Part shown: in pieces, positions 48,280 through 58,528 of the stretch
How the letters are laid out: every line of letters starts with the position of its first letter
How positions within the stretch are numbered: the stretch's first letter is position 1
Notes under the pieces: generated by a model
Told to the model about the DNA's origin: nothing
Databases searched by the model: none
The model's input: the letters and a program-made list of their open reading frames with translations, nothing else
Source: an uncultured Planctomycetia bacterium
GTDB lineage: Bacteria; Omnitrophota; Gorgyraeia; 2-02-FULL-51-18
Direction: 5' to 3'
Assembly: GCA_964402785.1 (NCBI GenBank)
Contig: CAYODQ010000004.1
Span: 159-64,158, forward strand
Length of the DNA: 64,000 bases
Program-made: the position numbers and the translations under genes

Positions 48280-49970
48280 TCTCGTATAAAAAAAAGATCA
48301 TGGGGATCCTTTTTATAGCATTTTTATTACGTATGATCGGAATAGGTTTTGGATTGCCACACATCTATCATCAAGATGAGCCCATTATTGTGAATCACGC
48401 ACTTTCGATAGGCGCGGGTGGCTGGAACACGCATTTTTTTGTGATACCTCCTTTTACGATCTATTTCTTTTTTATTGCCCAGGGCGTTTATTTTGTGGTC
48501 GGAAAGCTCATAGGTATATTTCAGACATCTTCTGATTTTGCTCTTATGTTTATGCGAGATCCCACATCCGTCTATTGGATAGGCCGGTTTTTGCTGGGTG
48601 TTTGTTTCGGGACAACCACTGTCTGGGCGCTGTGGGTTGGATCTAAGCGTTTTTTTGGTGAAAGGGTAGCTTTTTGGGCGGCGCTACTTTTAGCTATTAC
48701 GCCTTTGCACGTTCAACACAGCCACTATATTTACGCCGATATACCGCTGACATTGGTTGTGACGATAAGTTATTTTGTGCTTTTATCAATACTTGAAGCG
48801 CCTCTGCTTCTCAGCTATCTCCGCTTTGGGGCGCTGATGGGCTGGGCAGCGTCTATCAAATATACGGGGCTTTATTTTGCGCCAATGATTGGATTGGCGC
48901 ATATGATCAGTCAGCCTAAAAACTGGTATAAACCGTCGCAAGTTATCAAATTGATCTTGTCGGGCGCTTCCTGCATCACTGTTTTTTTTATTTTTGCGCC
49001 GTTTAGTTTTCTGGACTGGAAAAATTTTTGGGGACAAATAAGTCATCAGGGCGGCGCTGAGAGCTTTGTGGGGCTCACGCATCATGCGGTGTATTCGATC
49101 GTGGGTGGGAGTGGTGTCGCATTTGTTTCGCTGGGGGTTCTTGGACTAATTGTGCTGGCCAAGAATGACATGCGCAAGGCCTGGATCACGGCCGGACTAC
49201 TACTTGTCTATTATGGGATCAATGTTGTATTTTCTCAGAATTTTGCGCGCTACATGCTTCCGCTTATGCCTGTACTGGCGCTTCTAGCGGCGATGGCGCT
49301 ACATAGACTTGGTCAGCTTTTGGAAAAAAAACGCGGTTTAATGATCGCGCTTCTCACCGTTCTTTGTGCAGAGCTTTTGGCGCCCACGGTTTATTTGGAT
49401 GCACTCTTTCTGGGTCAAGATACGCGTACCGAATGTGCTCAGTGGTTTGCTGACAATGTTGACGAGTCAAGTCCAGTTGCTGTGGACAATCGTTTTTTTG
49501 GCCCGCCTCTTCCATTATCAGAAGCGCAAATCAAAGGGAAGTATGCGAAGCTTGGCGGGTCTCAAAAGGATGATGTGAGGAAAAAGCGGCTTGACCTGAT
49601 GCTTGAAGGCTTAAAAGATCGCAAAGGATATAATGTCTATCAATTGGTTGCTCATGAAGACGAGTCGACTTCTCCATTTCTTTTTATGGGCCCTTTTGTG
49701 AAACAAGATTGGGATTCTATTGAGAAAGCAGGCGTCGAATACATCGTGATCCATACCACTGATTTTGACCAGTCAGCTTCAAATTTTGTCCGCGCTTCTC
49801 CACAAAAGGCTGAACTTTTGCGTTCATTTAGCCCTTACCGCGATCCTTTGAGGAAAATGAGCTTCGATCCGGAGGCATCCACGGCGGCGCCGCATTTGCC
49901 GAATGAAATATTTAGCCGTCACCTCTTGGGCCCTTATTTGGAGGTGTATCGTGTCAAACGAGACGGCTGA
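48276..49970 (+). CDS. GT-C glycosyltransferase, PMT/ArnT-like
   Basis: 'HQDEP' DE-loop motif, multi-TM N-domain and a C-terminal soluble domain. Confidence 0.65.
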   Translation: MISYKKKIMGILFIAFLLRMIGIGFGLPHIYHQDEPIIVNHALSIGAGGWNTHFFVIPPFTIYFFFIAQGVYFVVGKLIGIFQTSSDFALMFMRDPTSVYWIGRFLLGVCFGTTTVWALWVGSKRFFGERVAFWAALLLAITPLHVQHSHYIYADIPLTLVVTISYFVLLSILEAPLLLSYLRFGALMGWAASIKYTGLYFAPMIGLAHMISQPKNWYKPSQVIKLILSGASCITVFFIFAPFSFLDWKNFWGQISHQGGAESFVGLTHHAVYSIVGGSGVAFVSLGVLGLIVLAKNDMRKAWITAGLLLVYYGINVVFSQNFARYMLPLMPVLALLAAMALHRLGQLLEKKRGLMIALLTVLCAELLAPTVYLDALFLGQDTRTECAQWFADNVDESSPVAVDNRFFGPPLPLSEAQIKGKYAKLGGSQKDDVRKKRLDLMLEGLKDRKGYNVYQLVAHEDESTSPFLFMGPFVKQDWDSIEKAGVEYIVIHTTDFDQSASNFVRASPQKAELLRSFSPYRDPLRKMSFDPEASTAAPHLPNEIFSRHLLGPYLEVYRVKRDG

Positions 49971-50658
49971 CTATTACAAGGATTATTGGGTGGATGAGAC
50001 CCAAAAACGAAATAAACGAGCTTATTATGAACGATTGTATTCACATATCCGACCTCGACTTTATTTGGATCCAGCTTGGCGACTTTTGGATGTGGCGGGC
50101 GGCAATGGACACCTCCTGCAATACCTTGGCGTCGTCAAGGCGGATATTCTTGATATAAGTGAATCGGGTCTTCTCGCCGCCAATGCAGCTGGCTACGGCG
50201 CAATTTGTGGTGATATCCAGCGCAGATTCCCTTTTCCAGAGCAAAGCTATGATGCCGCACTTTGCTTTGAAGTGCTGGAGCACTTGCCGTATCCGGGTAA
50301 GACTTTGGCAGAGATCAATAACGTCTTGAAGTCCGGAGGTGTTTTGTATGTTGGTCAACCCAATATGAGAGCCGATGGCGTGCACCACGTGAGGCGGTAT
50401 TATTTGAAACCGCTCTTGGACGATCTTAAAAAAGCAGGATTTGGTATTGAGTGGGTGGATCATGTTCCGGCGTATTCGATGCGAGATGCTATTGTGAGTG
50501 ACATCCGTCATAACAAATCCTTTGTTAGGAAGACAATCCAATGTCTCAATCTTGTTTTGAGTTTGCTTCCCTGGCGCGTGAGATATGCCATGGCAAGTAT
50601 TTGGCCGGATCGTTTTTCTCTCATATTGGTTGTGAAAGCTATCAAACCCAATGAATAG
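49903..50658 (+). CDS. Class I SAM-dependent methyltransferase
   Basis: Motif I 'LLDVAGGNGHL' and motif II 'YDAALCFEVLEHLPYP'. The start is uncertain; GTG 49951 is possible. Confidence 0.65.
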   Translation: MKYLAVTSWALIWRCIVSNETADYYKDYWVDETQKRNKRAYYERLYSHIRPRLYLDPAWRLLDVAGGNGHLLQYLGVVKADILDISESGLLAANAAGYGAICGDIQRRFPFPEQSYDAALCFEVLEHLPYPGKTLAEINNVLKSGGVLYVGQPNMRADGVHHVRRYYLKPLLDDLKKAGFGIEWVDHVPAYSMRDAIVSDIRHNKSFVRKTIQCLNLVLSLLPWRVRYAMASIWPDRFSLILVVKAIKPNE

Positions 50659-53053
50659 CTTTATCCGCAAACACATTTGTTTTATCGCTCTTTACGGGAG
50701 CTTGTTTGTGATGCTTTTATGGCCACTTTTGATTTTCCAGAAAACTTTTATTTTTGGCGACTATTGGCAGCAGCACTATCCATGGGCGTACGAATACGCA
50801 CGTCTTTTAAAAATGGGACAACTTCCTTATTGGGTGCCAAGCGTTGCTGGCGGGTTCCCATTGTTAGCCGAAGGGCAGGTTGGAGCCTATTATTTACCAC
50901 ATCTTTTGTTGTATTTCTTTCTCCCGTTTTCAGTTGCGTATTCGCTCCTAATTCTTCTCCACACGCTTTCCGGCGGTGTTGGATTTTATGTGTATGGCCA
51001 AAAGATAGGGTTTTCAAAAGAAGCGGCTACGCTCATGAGCCTGCTCTTCTCATTTTCTAGTGCTTTTGGCGGCTGTTTTTCCAACACCGCAAGCCTGAAA
51101 GTGTTGTCTTGGTTGCCATGGTGTTTGTTGGCTTGGGAGTCCCTTGGGCATTCATCCGGAAAAAATAAACTACTTTGGATATCAGCTATAGGTTTTATGT
51201 TTGCGCAGATGTGGACAGCTGGAGCGCCGCAGATGGCGCTGTACGGCGTGGGATATTTATTTTGTTTTTGGATGGCAGAAAAGAGAGGGAAGGGCTTTTT
51301 GTTTTTTTTAGCCGCCTTTGTTGTAGGCGCCACTCTTTCGCTACCCCAATGGGCTTCAACCATGGAGCTTGTTCGTGTGTCGACGCGCGCGGGAGAAACA
51401 GCCGGTTTTGTTTTTTGGGGCTCGGTTGAGTTGCCTGCCGTGATCTCTCTTGCCTATCCAAGATGGGGGACTTTTTTGGGCGTCTCGTTATACATTGGTC
51501 AGGCTGCACTTTTGCTGACCCTTATCTCGCTACTGTCAAAGAAATCGCGTCTTGAAAAGCTTCATTGGTGGTTGGCTGTTTTTTTCTTCGTGCTGGCTTT
51601 AGGCAACAACGTCCCTTTTTTAGAAGCGCCGCTATCGTATGTAGTGGAGAGATTTTCTCTCACAGCTCTGCGCAACCCTTCGAAGTTTTTATTTTTTAGC
51701 ACGGTTTCGCTGTCGATTATTGCGGGCTTTGCCTTTGACCGCCTGAGGCATTTGTCTTTAGAGGAGAAGACCAGGAAGCGGCTAAGATTGGGGCTTTGGA
51801 TTTTTTGGGTGGGAGTGGTAGCGGCGCCTTTGATGGGGCAAATGGTATTCCAGTATTTTGAAAAACCGCTCAAGGAATTTGCGAATCGCGGTGCGGAGGC
51901 AGCTTTTTCAGGAAAGAAAGACCCCTTCCATTCCATTTCTTATTATCAGGACAAAGCAGATCAAATGCTCGTTGAAGCACAAAAGCTTTTTAATTATACA
52001 GACAAGTGGAATATTCTAGCTATCTCATTTTTGTGCTTATCTTTTTTATTTGTCATGCTGCTCTTCAAGCGGGATTCTTCCGGCAAGTGGAAAAGAGGCG
52101 CTTTGCTTGCCGTGCTCTGGTTGGATCTCCTCATTTACGGATTGTTTATCGGCAACGGCTTTATTGGCAATGTTCGAGCGTATCCGAACGATCTTCCAAA
52201 AGTTTTTATCTCTGAGATTTTGGAACAGCAGCAGTCCAAGCACAGCGCTCTCATTGGTTGGCCGGATGAACACAATCAGGAAGCTCTACCCGCAAACACC
52301 AACCTGCTATATGGTTTTAATCATGCGGGCGGATACTCACCGCTATTGCTTAAGAGGTATTATGAGCTAACCAAGGAGCTTGGTATTTCCGACAGCTCGC
52401 TGGGTCGCCGTCCTTATTCGGAAGATATATGGAAAAATGAGTCCGGCCTCGTGCATGCGCTAGGAATAGGCCAAATACTATCTAACAAGGAGCTCTCAAT
52501 ATCAAGCACTCGTCTTTTGAGCCTCAGTCATCAGAGACGCTCCCCGGGTAACTCATCGGAGGATCATTATCTGTATACCTTCGAACCGATTCTGCCTTAT
52601 GCGTATCTGGTTTTTAATTGGAAAAGTATGTCGGATGAGAAGATCAGGCTGGCCTATTTGAAAAGTGATGAATTTGTTCCTTTCAAAGAGGCCGTCATTG
52701 AGAGCGCGCCCACGGATCGGCTGCCCCGCGCTGATCTTTTGATGACCCCTGTGCACACCCGATCAAAAAAAGACACAGAATTTGTTTTGGATGTCGATGT
52801 TGCGTCCGATGCGTTGCTCGTTGTCCGAAGTGCATTTTATCCGCGATGGAAAGCGGAGCTAGACGGAGAAGAGTTGGTTGTGATGCCGGTTAATCATATC
52901 TATTCAGGGGTATTTCTGAAAGCGGGGCAGTGTGAGGTCAGGTTTTTTTATGATACGAAGCCGCACCGTTTTTTTGAATCCATATCGCTGACGTTGGGTA
53001 TGGTTCTGCTGCTCATGCAAGTGATAATTTTATGGATTTTGCCAAAAAAATAA
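50651..53053 (+). CDS. YfhO-family membrane glycosyltransferase-like protein (GT-C fold)
   Basis: 800 aa polytopic with the YfhO-like N-terminus 'IFGDYWQQHYPWAYEYARLLKMGQLPYWVPSVAGGFPLLAEGQ'. Confidence 0.6.
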   Translation: MNSFIRKHICFIALYGSLFVMLLWPLLIFQKTFIFGDYWQQHYPWAYEYARLLKMGQLPYWVPSVAGGFPLLAEGQVGAYYLPHLLLYFFLPFSVAYSLLILLHTLSGGVGFYVYGQKIGFSKEAATLMSLLFSFSSAFGGCFSNTASLKVLSWLPWCLLAWESLGHSSGKNKLLWISAIGFMFAQMWTAGAPQMALYGVGYLFCFWMAEKRGKGFLFFLAAFVVGATLSLPQWASTMELVRVSTRAGETAGFVFWGSVELPAVISLAYPRWGTFLGVSLYIGQAALLLTLISLLSKKSRLEKLHWWLAVFFFVLALGNNVPFLEAPLSYVVERFSLTALRNPSKFLFFSTVSLSIIAGFAFDRLRHLSLEEKTRKRLRLGLWIFWVGVVAAPLMGQMVFQYFEKPLKEFANRGAEAAFSGKKDPFHSISYYQDKADQMLVEAQKLFNYTDKWNILAISFLCLSFLFVMLLFKRDSSGKWKRGALLAVLWLDLLIYGLFIGNGFIGNVRAYPNDLPKVFISEILEQQQSKHSALIGWPDEHNQEALPANTNLLYGFNHAGGYSPLLLKRYYELTKELGISDSSLGRRPYSEDIWKNESGLVHALGIGQILSNKELSISSTRLLSLSHQRRSPGNSSEDHYLYTFEPILPYAYLVFNWKSMSDEKIRLAYLKSDEFVPFKEAVIESAPTDRLPRADLLMTPVHTRSKKDTEFVLDVDVASDALLVVRSAFYPRWKAELDGEELVVMPVNHIYSGVFLKAGQCEVRFFYDTKPHRFFESISLTLGMVLLLMQVIILWILPKK

Positions 53054-53085
53054 TCTAGAGTTCTTTGGGATGGGGCGGGGGCGGT

Positions 53086-54561
53086 ATGCGCGGTAAAAAA
53101 TGGGTGGCCTTGATCTTTGCGCTTGCAATATTTGTGAGGGTCTATAATCTAAACGTCCCATTTGTAGAGCGTTTTAACAGTATATCTCGTCTCTCCAACT
53201 GCGCCTCGGTAGCGCGGAATTTCTACACGAACGGTTTTAATTTCTTTTACCCGGAAATTGACGAAAATGGCCCGGGACCTTATCTTCTCAATGCCGAGAT
53301 GCCGACCAATACTTATTTGATGGCGTTGGCATATGCACTTACGGGTGGTGTGCATGAGTGGGCCGCGCGCGCCGTCTCGGTGCTTTTTTCGCTGGGAACC
53401 CTTCTTGTCCTGTATCTGTTTATTCGAAAGCTTGCCAACGAAAAAATGGCGCTTTATGCTTTGGTCTTCGCATCCTTCTCACCCATGAATGTCGCTTTGG
53501 CTAGGTCTATTCAATGTGATACCACCATGGTCTTTGCAGGGCTATGGGCGCTATATTTATTTTATCGCTATAGTGAGACGGGACGATGGGCCCATCTTTT
53601 AGGATCTGCGTTTGCCATGGCTTTGGCTGTCGGGACCAAGATTTACGCTTTGTACTTATTCATCCCTATTATATATTTGGCTTGGGAGCGGGAAGGGTGG
53701 GTGATCTTTAGGCGGCCCCGATATTATTTGTACTGTTTTCTGGTTTCTCTTACTCTGATCTGGTATTTTTACATGTGGAAGGCGGGGAAAGGGCAACAGC
53801 TAGCCTACTCGACGTTTGGCTACCCGGAAGGTCTTGTTCAGGGTCGTTTTGGGTTTCTTAAGCTTTTTGGGATGCCCCATATAAAAATGCCCGCGGTGGG
53901 TTTGGCGGCTCATATCTTGACGCCTGCAGGCATAGTCTTATTTGCGTTCGGACTATTTAGGAACACATTTAAAAGTCATCGATTTGCATGGGTGTGGCTA
54001 TTTTCAGTTGGCTTTTATTTGCTGGTCATGTGGCCGATGGTTGTGATGCATCCGTATTATTTATTACCCGCGATTCCCCCCATTGCTTATTTTGTTGCTT
54101 TGGGAGCGCAGCGCATCCTTTTGAATCCGCGCTTTGCGATTGTTAGACGGACATGGTTTTGGTTGCCAGTTTGCGCACTCGTTCTACTGAGTGTGTTTTA
54201 TTATTACCGCCTGCTCTATTTTATCCCAAAAGATAGGATGTCCATTGTGGAGGCGGGGAAGGCGACCGACTCTTTGACTCCCAGGGATAGTTTGGTCATC
54301 GCTTCCTGGGGTGAGAGCCCGATCCAGCTATATTATTGTAACCGAAGGGGATGGTCTTTTAGTTTGGACAGACCAGACGGAAGCGGCTTGATCGAGAGTC
54401 TCGAAGAAAAAAGAAGTCGGGGTGCCGGCTATTTTATGACCACTCATGTTGATCAGCTTCATCGCTTGCCGCTGTTTGAGCAGTATTTACGTTCCCGATA
54501 CTCTGTGGTGAAGGAAAGCGGGGAGATGATCCTTTTTGACCTAAGGGCAGAGGGGGCTTGA
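53086..54561 (+). CDS. GT-C glycosyltransferase, ArnT/PMT-like
   Basis: 'YPEIDENGP' acidic loop, >10 TM helices and a C-terminal soluble domain. The start is taken at ATG 53086; the ORF-track start is TTG 53065. Confidence 0.65.
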   Translation: MRGKKWVALIFALAIFVRVYNLNVPFVERFNSISRLSNCASVARNFYTNGFNFFYPEIDENGPGPYLLNAEMPTNTYLMALAYALTGGVHEWAARAVSVLFSLGTLLVLYLFIRKLANEKMALYALVFASFSPMNVALARSIQCDTTMVFAGLWALYLFYRYSETGRWAHLLGSAFAMALAVGTKIYALYLFIPIIYLAWEREGWVIFRRPRYYLYCFLVSLTLIWYFYMWKAGKGQQLAYSTFGYPEGLVQGRFGFLKLFGMPHIKMPAVGLAAHILTPAGIVLFAFGLFRNTFKSHRFAWVWLFSVGFYLLVMWPMVVMHPYYLLPAIPPIAYFVALGAQRILLNPRFAIVRRTWFWLPVCALVLLSVFYYYRLLYFIPKDRMSIVEAGKATDSLTPRDSLVIASWGESPIQLYYCNRRGWSFSLDRPDGSGLIESLEEKRSRGAGYFMTTHVDQLHRLPLFEQYLRSRYSVVKESGEMILFDLRAEGA

Positions 54562-54678
54562 TGGATAAAAATCCAAACAACCGATATTTAGATATCGTTT
54601 ATGTTCTGTGGCTGGTTTGGGTTGTGAGCGTTTACGCACTGTTGGTGATCATTCCTAAAATCCAAGGAAAAATCTAAA

Positions 54679-56505
54679 ATGCAATTTATAGGAGCCGGAC
54701 CCATTGTGGCTCTATGGGCAACCACATTGTTGTTGATCGTGCTATTTGCCGCTTTTCGTGTAGGCAGCTTAATGCTTCAATTGCTGAAGCTGCCGGATAC
54801 CACATTAACAAAGCGCGAACATGTTCTTTTCGCGTTGGCGGCGGGACTTGTAATAGTTTCGCTTACTATTTTAGGTATTGGATCATTTGGTTTACTCACA
54901 AGGCCTTATGTTTGTGCAGCGCTGTGTTTTTTTATGATAGCACCCTATTCTGTCTCTTCGAAAAGACCCCCTTGCCAGCTGGTGTTGACAAGTGGATCCG
55001 TGAGATCAGCCGCTCAGGTAAAATTTTTTTGGATTCTCACAATACCTGTTTTTTTCTTCTCCTGGATCCAGGCACAGATGCCTGCTGGCGGAACGGACGC
55101 GCTGGCCTATCATTTGTTTCATCCGAAGCTGTACGTATTGCAACAAAAGATATTCCATATGCCACCAGAATTCAACCGAGAGTCGCTGTGGCCTTACCAA
55201 ACTGAAATGCTCTTCACTCTGGGACTGTTGTTGCAGGGAACACTTTTAGCTCAACTTTTTCACTGGGTTTTCTATATACTGACCTCTGCGGCTGTATTTA
55301 TGTTTGGCGAAAGATTCTTTGGGCGGAGCCTCGCGTATTTGTCGGCTCTGGTTTTTATTTTTACGCCCGCAGCGTTCGCCCAATCAGGTTATGCCTATGT
55401 TGATCTGAGCCTTGCTTTCTATACCTTTCTCGCTTTGTACGTTTTGCTGATCGCTTCCTATGGGAATTGTGTTCGGCCTTGGTTTTTGTCCGGATTCTTT
55501 GCGGGGGGCGCTGCCGCGACCAAGCTTCTGGGTTTAGGTTGTGTGCTAATTTTGTTTTTAGGTGCTTTGATAGTAACTAGAATTAATTGGAGGGTGCTCC
55601 TTTGTTTTGCGCTGGGATGTTTCGTGGCTTCGGGTGTTTGGTATTTGAGAAGCTGGATTATCTTGGGAAATCCCGTGTTCCCATTTTTCTCAAGTCTTTT
55701 TCAAGGAAATGGGTGGCATCACGAAATTAGCGAGGGAGTTAGTATGGGGAAAGATTTCAAAGCCTTCCTGCTTTTGCCTTGGAATATGACAATGTATCCC
55801 CGAAACTTCGGAGGAGAAATGGTGGGCCCCTTTTTTTTACTATTTCTGCCGCTATTTTTTGTTCAGTCCATCCGAAAGTCCTCGAGGGTGCTAGCTAGCC
55901 TTGCATTGTTTGCAGTTTTTTACGGCGGATTTCTGTTTACTCAGTCGCAGCACGTGCGCTTTTTTTTGTCCGTTCTACCGGTGATTTCTGTAGCTGTCGG
56001 TGTGTCACTAGAGTTATGCATGAGGCGAAGAGGTCCTCTGAGGCACGCTGTCATGGCGGTTCTGGCTTTAGTTTTTTTGACCCATATGGGTATATTTGTT
56101 TACCGTACAAGGGACTGTTGGCCCGTTGCCATAGGGAAAATGAGCGCCAGAGATTATTTGTTGGCTTATGAGCGCTCTTTCAAAGGAAACGATTATTTGC
56201 TGCGACACATGCAAGCGTCGGAGCAGCTTCTCTACTCCGCGGAAGTTCGTTATTTTTATAATGATAATAAAAATGTTGTGTGGGATTGCTATCCGCTGCG
56301 GCTTGTTTTGACGCAGAAGGGTATGACTCTGACCCAGTTTTTATCCGGAAAGCAGCTGGACTATGTTTGGCTTGGAGATGATACCACGCAAGAGTTGTGG
56401 GATTATGTACGAGACAGAGACTATGAGTTAGCCTATCAGTATCAGTTCATAGAAAAGCCAACCACTTTCAACAATTATATTTACCGGCTAAAAAAACAGC
56501 CCTAG
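54679..56505 (+). CDS. GT-C-fold membrane glycosyltransferase-like protein
   Basis: 608 aa with an N-terminal multi-TM region, periplasmic loop motifs (GTDALAYH, PEFNRE) and a C-terminal soluble domain. Confidence 0.5.
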   Translation: MQFIGAGPIVALWATTLLLIVLFAAFRVGSLMLQLLKLPDTTLTKREHVLFALAAGLVIVSLTILGIGSFGLLTRPYVCAALCFFMIAPYSVSSKRPPCQLVLTSGSVRSAAQVKFFWILTIPVFFFSWIQAQMPAGGTDALAYHLFHPKLYVLQQKIFHMPPEFNRESLWPYQTEMLFTLGLLLQGTLLAQLFHWVFYILTSAAVFMFGERFFGRSLAYLSALVFIFTPAAFAQSGYAYVDLSLAFYTFLALYVLLIASYGNCVRPWFLSGFFAGGAAATKLLGLGCVLILFLGALIVTRINWRVLLCFALGCFVASGVWYLRSWIILGNPVFPFFSSLFQGNGWHHEISEGVSMGKDFKAFLLLPWNMTMYPRNFGGEMVGPFFLLFLPLFFVQSIRKSSRVLASLALFAVFYGGFLFTQSQHVRFFLSVLPVISVAVGVSLELCMRRRGPLRHAVMAVLALVFLTHMGIFVYRTRDCWPVAIGKMSARDYLLAYERSFKGNDYLLRHMQASEQLLYSAEVRYFYNDNKNVVWDCYPLRLVLTQKGMTLTQFLSGKQLDYVWLGDDTTQELWDYVRDRDYELAYQYQFIEKPTTFNNYIYRLKKQP

Positions 56506-56564
56506 GGAATTGTTGCGCGGAGAAGCATTATCGAATAGACTGATAGGGTTGCGAAGCAAAAAGG

Positions 56565-57335
56565 ATGGATATGAGGATTTCGGCTTTTTTCCCTTGTTAT
56601 AACGAAGAAAAAAATCTGACAGATCTGGTGTCTAGCTGCGACAAGGTTTTGCGCGAGATCTGCGATGACTACGAGATCATCATTGTAGATGACGGAAGTA
56701 CGGATAACACCACTGCCGTTGCGCAGCTGTTGCAGCAACAATACGATAAGCTTCAGTATATCCGCCATGCCAAAAATCATGGGTATGGCGGGGCGGTTTA
56801 CACGGGCTTTAAAAAAAGCCGCTTTGAGTACATTTTTTTCTCGGATGGTGACAATCAATTTAATCTCGAAGAGATCCCGCTTTTAGTTAAAAAGATCTCC
56901 GAGGCGGACCTGGTCACGGGGTTTCGTCATCAGCGCGCTGATCCTCTGATGCGCCATATGATAGCCTGGGTTTATAGGTTGGTGGTGCGCATTGTTTTTG
57001 GACTCGGGATCACCGATATTGATTGTGCTTTTAAGCTTTTTAAACGCGATACGCTCCAAAGGATAGATATAAGAAATATTGTTTCCAGGGGTGCTCTTAT
57101 CAACACCGAGATTTATGCGCGTATGAAGAAGCTCAATATGACGGTGATAGAGGTGCCGGTTACACATTATGCGCGATTGACCGGAAAGCAAACCGGCGCA
57201 AGTCCCAGGGTTATTTTAAGAGCGATGTTTGAGTTAGTGAGCCTTTCTGTTAAGCTTCGGCGAGAAGGTCTTCAGATTCACACGGAAAAGCCGTCGAGGG
57301 TGCCCGATGGTTCTTTAGTCAACGAAACGAGGTAA
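56565..57335 (+). CDS. GT2 polyprenyl-phosphate sugar synthase (GtrB/DPM1-like)
   Basis: 'FFPCYNEEKNL', 'IIVDDGSTDNT' and 'SDGDNQ' DxD motifs. Confidence 0.8.
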   Translation: MDMRISAFFPCYNEEKNLTDLVSSCDKVLREICDDYEIIIVDDGSTDNTTAVAQLLQQQYDKLQYIRHAKNHGYGGAVYTGFKKSRFEYIFFSDGDNQFNLEEIPLLVKKISEADLVTGFRHQRADPLMRHMIAWVYRLVVRIVFGLGITDIDCAFKLFKRDTLQRIDIRNIVSRGALINTEIYARMKKLNMTVIEVPVTHYARLTGKQTGASPRVILRAMFELVSLSVKLRREGLQIHTEKPSRVPDGSLVNETR

Positions 57336-57337
57336 GA

Positions 57338-58528
57338 ATGTTTTCTAATCAATCAAAGATGACCATGATCAAAGCCGCGCTCAATCACGATGCGCCGGTT
57401 TACGTTCAATTTTTTGTCACGGCTCGATGCAATCTAACCTGTAAGCAGTGCAACGTTATCTACTCCAATGCGGATGTGCGGGAATGCACTCTCGAAGAAG
57501 TTAAGAGAATAGCCGATAATTTTAAAAAAATGGGCGTTGCGATGGTTGTGCTTACGGGTGGAGAGCCGTTTATTCGCCAAGATCTACCTGAGATCATACG
57601 AGAATTTGAAAGCCGCGGCATTCATGTGCGCATGCAAACCAACGGTCTGGCGACGGCTGAGCAAATCCACAAGGCGGTTGAGTATGGAGCAAAGGATGTT
57701 TCCATTTCGCTTGATTCGCTGGATCCGGCGATGCAGGATGATATCAACGGTGGTTTTGCCGAGTCTTGGCACAAAGCTTTGAAGGCCATAGCGTTATTCA
57801 CCCAATATCTACCCAAGAAGGATGGTTTTGGGGCCTTGGGTTGTGTCATGCAAAGTCAGAATCTCCATGAGATCGAGAACATTATCCGCTTTGGGACCGA
57901 GATCGGTTGGCATTCTTCGCTGGTGCCGATCCATGTATCGGATCATTCGATTCCACTTGGTTTTCGAACGCTCGATAAAAGCTTGAAATTTAAAGAGCAT
58001 GAATACGCGCAGGTAGATGCGCTTGTTGAGCGCGTTCGTAAGATGAGGGACAGCGGTTATCTTGTCTATGACAGCGATCAGTTCTTTGATGATGTGAAGC
58101 GTTTTGTGCGAGACGGCTCCTCCACTTGGCGCGACAAGAACGGTGGTGTTTGCGACAGTCCCGGACTTTATTTTACACTGCTTCCCAATGGCCATTTCGC
58201 CGTGTGCTGTGATTATCGGATGCCTTATGCTATACCCGCCTATGCGCCTGATTTTGTAAAAACTTATCATGACGAAAAATTCCGCAAGGACGTGCATAAA
58301 GTTGCCAAAAGCTGCACTGAGGGCTGCATGTATGGCTGTTTTCCCGAGATAACCATATCCAGTCGCTTTATGGGGGCTACTTTTCAGAGAGCCAAAACAT
58401 TCTTCCTTCAAAAAAGGAAAAATCCTTGGCCGCTTAGCTATGAGCAGATTCTTGCGATTGCCAAAAAACACAATCAACGCAACGTAGAAGCCAATAATTT
58501 AAGTTATGCCCAAAAAGATACGGTTTGA
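57338..58528 (+). CDS. Radical SAM protein with C-terminal Cys-rich (SPASM/twitch-like) region
   Basis: 'FVTARCNLTCKQCNV' CxxxCxxC and 'VLTGGEPF'. The C-terminal cysteine cluster is CDSPG...CCDYR...CTEGCMYGC. Confidence 0.7.
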   Translation: MFSNQSKMTMIKAALNHDAPVYVQFFVTARCNLTCKQCNVIYSNADVRECTLEEVKRIADNFKKMGVAMVVLTGGEPFIRQDLPEIIREFESRGIHVRMQTNGLATAEQIHKAVEYGAKDVSISLDSLDPAMQDDINGGFAESWHKALKAIALFTQYLPKKDGFGALGCVMQSQNLHEIENIIRFGTEIGWHSSLVPIHVSDHSIPLGFRTLDKSLKFKEHEYAQVDALVERVRKMRDSGYLVYDSDQFFDDVKRFVRDGSSTWRDKNGGVCDSPGLYFTLLPNGHFAVCCDYRMPYAIPAYAPDFVKTYHDEKFRKDVHKVAKSCTEGCMYGCFPEITISSRFMGATFQRAKTFFLQKRKNPWPLSYEQILAIAKKHNQRNVEANNLSYAQKDTV

